In this document: positions 60,886-64,000 of the stretch, piece by piece | Numbering within the stretch: position 1 is the stretch's first letter | Layout of the letters: each line of letters begins with the position of its first letter | Assembly (NCBI GenBank): GCA_030390025.1 | Contig: CM059438.1 | Location: forward strand, 62,746,001 to 62,810,000 | Direction: 5' to 3' | From: Squalus acanthias | Taxonomy: Eukaryota | Length of the DNA stretch: 64,000 nt | The notes under the pieces: model-generated | The model's input: the letters and a program-made list of their open reading frames with translations, nothing else | Databases searched by the model: none | Told to the model about the DNA's origin: nothing | Program-made: the position numbers and the translations under genes

Positions 60886-62240
60886 ATAACTGCATTATCA
60901 TAGTATCAGGATGGTAGAAGGCGAACGAGATGGACCTTGGTCTTTTTTGACTAGCAATTCCTATGTTGCTATGCAATTTGAATATATTTAGATGCAATAG
61001 TCAGCTTAACAGATTTTCCATGACTCAAACAGAGAAACAGATTTGTACCTGTGACAGACGAAACACCTTCTGTAAGAATGTTTGTTTGTGTCTGTAAATC
61101 TGTGGTTAATGTACAAATGTCAACATGCGCACATTGGCAAGTTCACCTCCGAGTGAAGCAGGAGGGACAGCTGTCTCCAAATGCAGCCATCATCAATTTT
61201 AAACAGGAAAGGGCACCTTGCTTTTACCTCTTGGACAGATAGGTACTGTCTGAACTTCATGGTGAACTAGCATGGGCAAGTCTACGCACTTTTGACAAAA
61301 GGAGCTGATGAGTTCCTGTGAAAGAATGAATTGGAGCAGGAGACTGTTGGAGTGATTCTTGATTTCAGCACAGTGAGGTTTCAAAAAGAAGGAAGATCCT
61401 GTAGGATAGTGAAGAGCATTTAGAATGGGATCTTTGGCGCCTAGGAGGATAGTTGAGGAGCAATGTCTAAGCATCGATAAAATAGAGAGCGACAGAAAAT
61501 ATTGGAATTAAATATAAATCCCGAGGTTATTGTATGATGAGCAAAACGTCCTTATGTTTCAGCTCTTGAAGGAGGGTTAAAATCTGATGGTGTGTTGGGT
61601 GTAACCTGTAACGTCCTAAAGGGGAGCGCTTGGCTTGGATTCCGGCTTTACTTGGATCACGATTTCTATAAATGGCCAATAAAACTGGCCAATTTGCACA
61701 TCTTAGTACCGCAGACTGTTTCATCATCCAGCCAGCATCCCAATCTAATCAATACCAACAGAAAATGTTTTAAAAAAAAAAAAAACTCCTGCATTATGCA
61801 AAAGTAATTGTGCTTCTCAAAACTGCTGTCGGCTGTAAGTGAAACTTTGACGTAGATTCCGTGCGTGCGGATCTTTAACAGCCAGGCAATTAAGGATCTG
61901 TGTTGGGAACAGGGATTGTATGTCATGGATTAAAAACAGGAAATGCTGGAAATACACAGAATCTGTGGAGAGAGAAACAGAGTTAACTTTTCAGGTTGAT
62001 GACCTTTCGTTTCTGACCAACCATCGACCTGAAACGTTAACTCTGTTTCTCTCTCCACAGATGCTGCCTGACCTGCTGAGTGTTTCCAGCATTTTCTGTT
62101 TTTATTTCAGATTTCCAGCATCCGCAGTATTCTATTTTTGCTGTGTTGTATATCACGTGATGTAAATTGAGGAATACATCCTACCCTGAAGTTAACCATC
62201 TTTCACTTCAGATGGCTGTCTTCAGTTCTGGGACATTGTG

Positions 62241-63240
62241 TGTCAGCCGTGGCTCAGTGGGTAGCACCCTCGCCTCTGAGTCAGAAGGTTGTGGGTTCAA
62301 GTCCCACTCCAGAGACTTGAGCACAAAAATCTAGGCTGACACTCCAGTGTAGTGCTGAGTGAGTGCTGCACTATCTTTTGGTTGAGATGTTAAACCGAGG
62401 CCCTGTCTGTCATAGAAATATAGAAGATAGGAGCAGGAGTAGGCCATTCGGCCCCTCGAGCCTGTTCCGCCATTTAATGAGATCATGGCTGATCATCCAA
62501 ATTCAGTACCCTGTCCCTGCTTTCACCCCATATCCCTTGGTCCCTTTAGCCTTAAGAAATATATCCAACTCCTTCTTGAATATATTTAATGAATTGGCCT
62601 CAACTGCCTTGTGTGGTAGAGAATTCCATGGGTTCACCACTCTCTGGGTGAAGAAATTCCTCCTCATCTCAGTCCTAAATGGCTTACCTCTTATCCTTAG
62701 ACTGTGACCCCTGGTTCTGGACTCCCCTGCCATCGGGAACATCCTTCCTGCATCTAGTCTGTCTAGTCCTGTTAGAATTTTATAAGTTTCAATGAGATCC
62801 CCTCTCATTCTTCTAAACTCTAGCGAATATAAGCCTAATCGACCCAATCTCTCCTCATACGTCATTCCTGCCATCCCAGGTATCAGTCTGGTGAATCTTC
62901 GCTGCACTCTCTCCATGGCAAGAACATCCTTCCTCAGATAAGGTGACCAAAACTGCGCCTCAGGTGGACGTAAAAGATCCCACGGCACTATTTCGAAGAA
63001 GAGCAGGGGAGTTATCCCTGGTGTCCTGGCCAATATTTATCCCTCAATCAACATAACAAAAACAGATTATCAGGTCATTATCACATTGCTGTTTGTGGGA
63101 GTTTGCTGTGTGCAAATTAGCTGCCGCGTTTCCTACATTATAACAGTGACTACACTCCAAAAAGTACTTTATTGGCTGTAAAGCGCTTTGGGACGTCCAG
63201 TGGTTGTGAAAGGCGCTGTAGAAATGCAAGTCTTTTTCTT
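62241..63240 (+). mobile_element. DeuSINE interrupted by a young CR1 3' fragment (62411-62957, -)
   Basis: SINE head at 62241-62410 resumes at ctcaggtggacgtaaaag (~62959). The insert is nearly identical to 44042-44562. Confidence 0.88.
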
Positions 63241-64000
63241 TATTGTTGCCAATCTAACCAACCACTTGACTTGTAGTCCCTGCATTTTAAATTGGGGATA
63301 TAGAGATGTTAAATGAAAATTGACCAGCACTCTGTGTGGTCACAGCCCTATTTGACAAAGAACCTGGAGTGTTCCCAACTCTACGGGATTAGAATCCAAT
63401 TGAAACCGCCCATGATTACATGCTCAGTCTCCCAGTTCTTCCTGGGACGTTCTTATTACTAAAGCTTTTGCGACACAGAGGTAGTTTGTGACATTTTGTG
63501 GCACTGTGCTCTCATCGGAAGGGTGCTCAGACATGCTGAGATCATCTGCCAGCTCTGCTGTGCTGCAAGTGAGGCTGGATGAAGCAACACCTCTTGTGCT
63601 AAATTTAATTTGACTATCTTAAACCACTGTAGCAATGGACCTGACCTTCAGTTTAGAAGTGCAGCTGAATAACATTTACAGTATTCTTTATGGATAACCC
63701 TTTGGACCTCAGTGTGTGGAGATTGAATAATTCAAAGCTTCCTACATTTTAAAAGGCAAGATACGTTTTGGTACTGCAGGCAACAGGAATATAGGAACAG
63801 GAGTAGGCCATTCACCCCCTCGAGCCTACTCCACCATTCAACTTTGTCCCCACTCCCCACAAGCAAGGAATTTATGCTAAATCTTTATAAATCACTGGTT
63901 TACTCCCCACAAGCAAAGAATTTATGCTAAATCTTTATAAATCACTGGTTTGACCTTCGCTATTCTGGGCACCACACTTCAGAAAGGATGGCAAGGTCTT

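Overview
Eukaryotic (vertebrate) genomic DNA. The repeat families (HE1/V-SINE, SacSINE1-type DeuSINEs, HER1-like CR1 LINEs, L2, Penelope) point to a shark or other cartilaginous fish. The window is mostly transposon-derived. The only host gene seen is the CpG-island promoter and first coding exon of ABCA2 (41720-41785, +); the rest of the window appears to be its first intron. Two accessory regions stand out. (1) A defective endogenous foamy (spuma) virus on the minus strand (~18956-23319): a 1.74-kb LTR, a tRNA-Lys1,2-type PBS, a nearly intact foamy-type gag, and a pol remnant with RNase H and the integrase N-terminus but no PR-RT. (2) A four-level nest at ~780-10080: an old Harbinger transposase, split by a Harbinger-type MITE, split by an RT-deleted CR1, split by a young, near-intact Harbinger transposon (DDE transposase plus a 3-exon Myb/SANT gene). 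Penelope ends carry candidate minimal hammerhead ribozymes. All family assignments are by eye from motifs and remembered reference sequences; no searches were run, and boundaries of old fragments are approximate.
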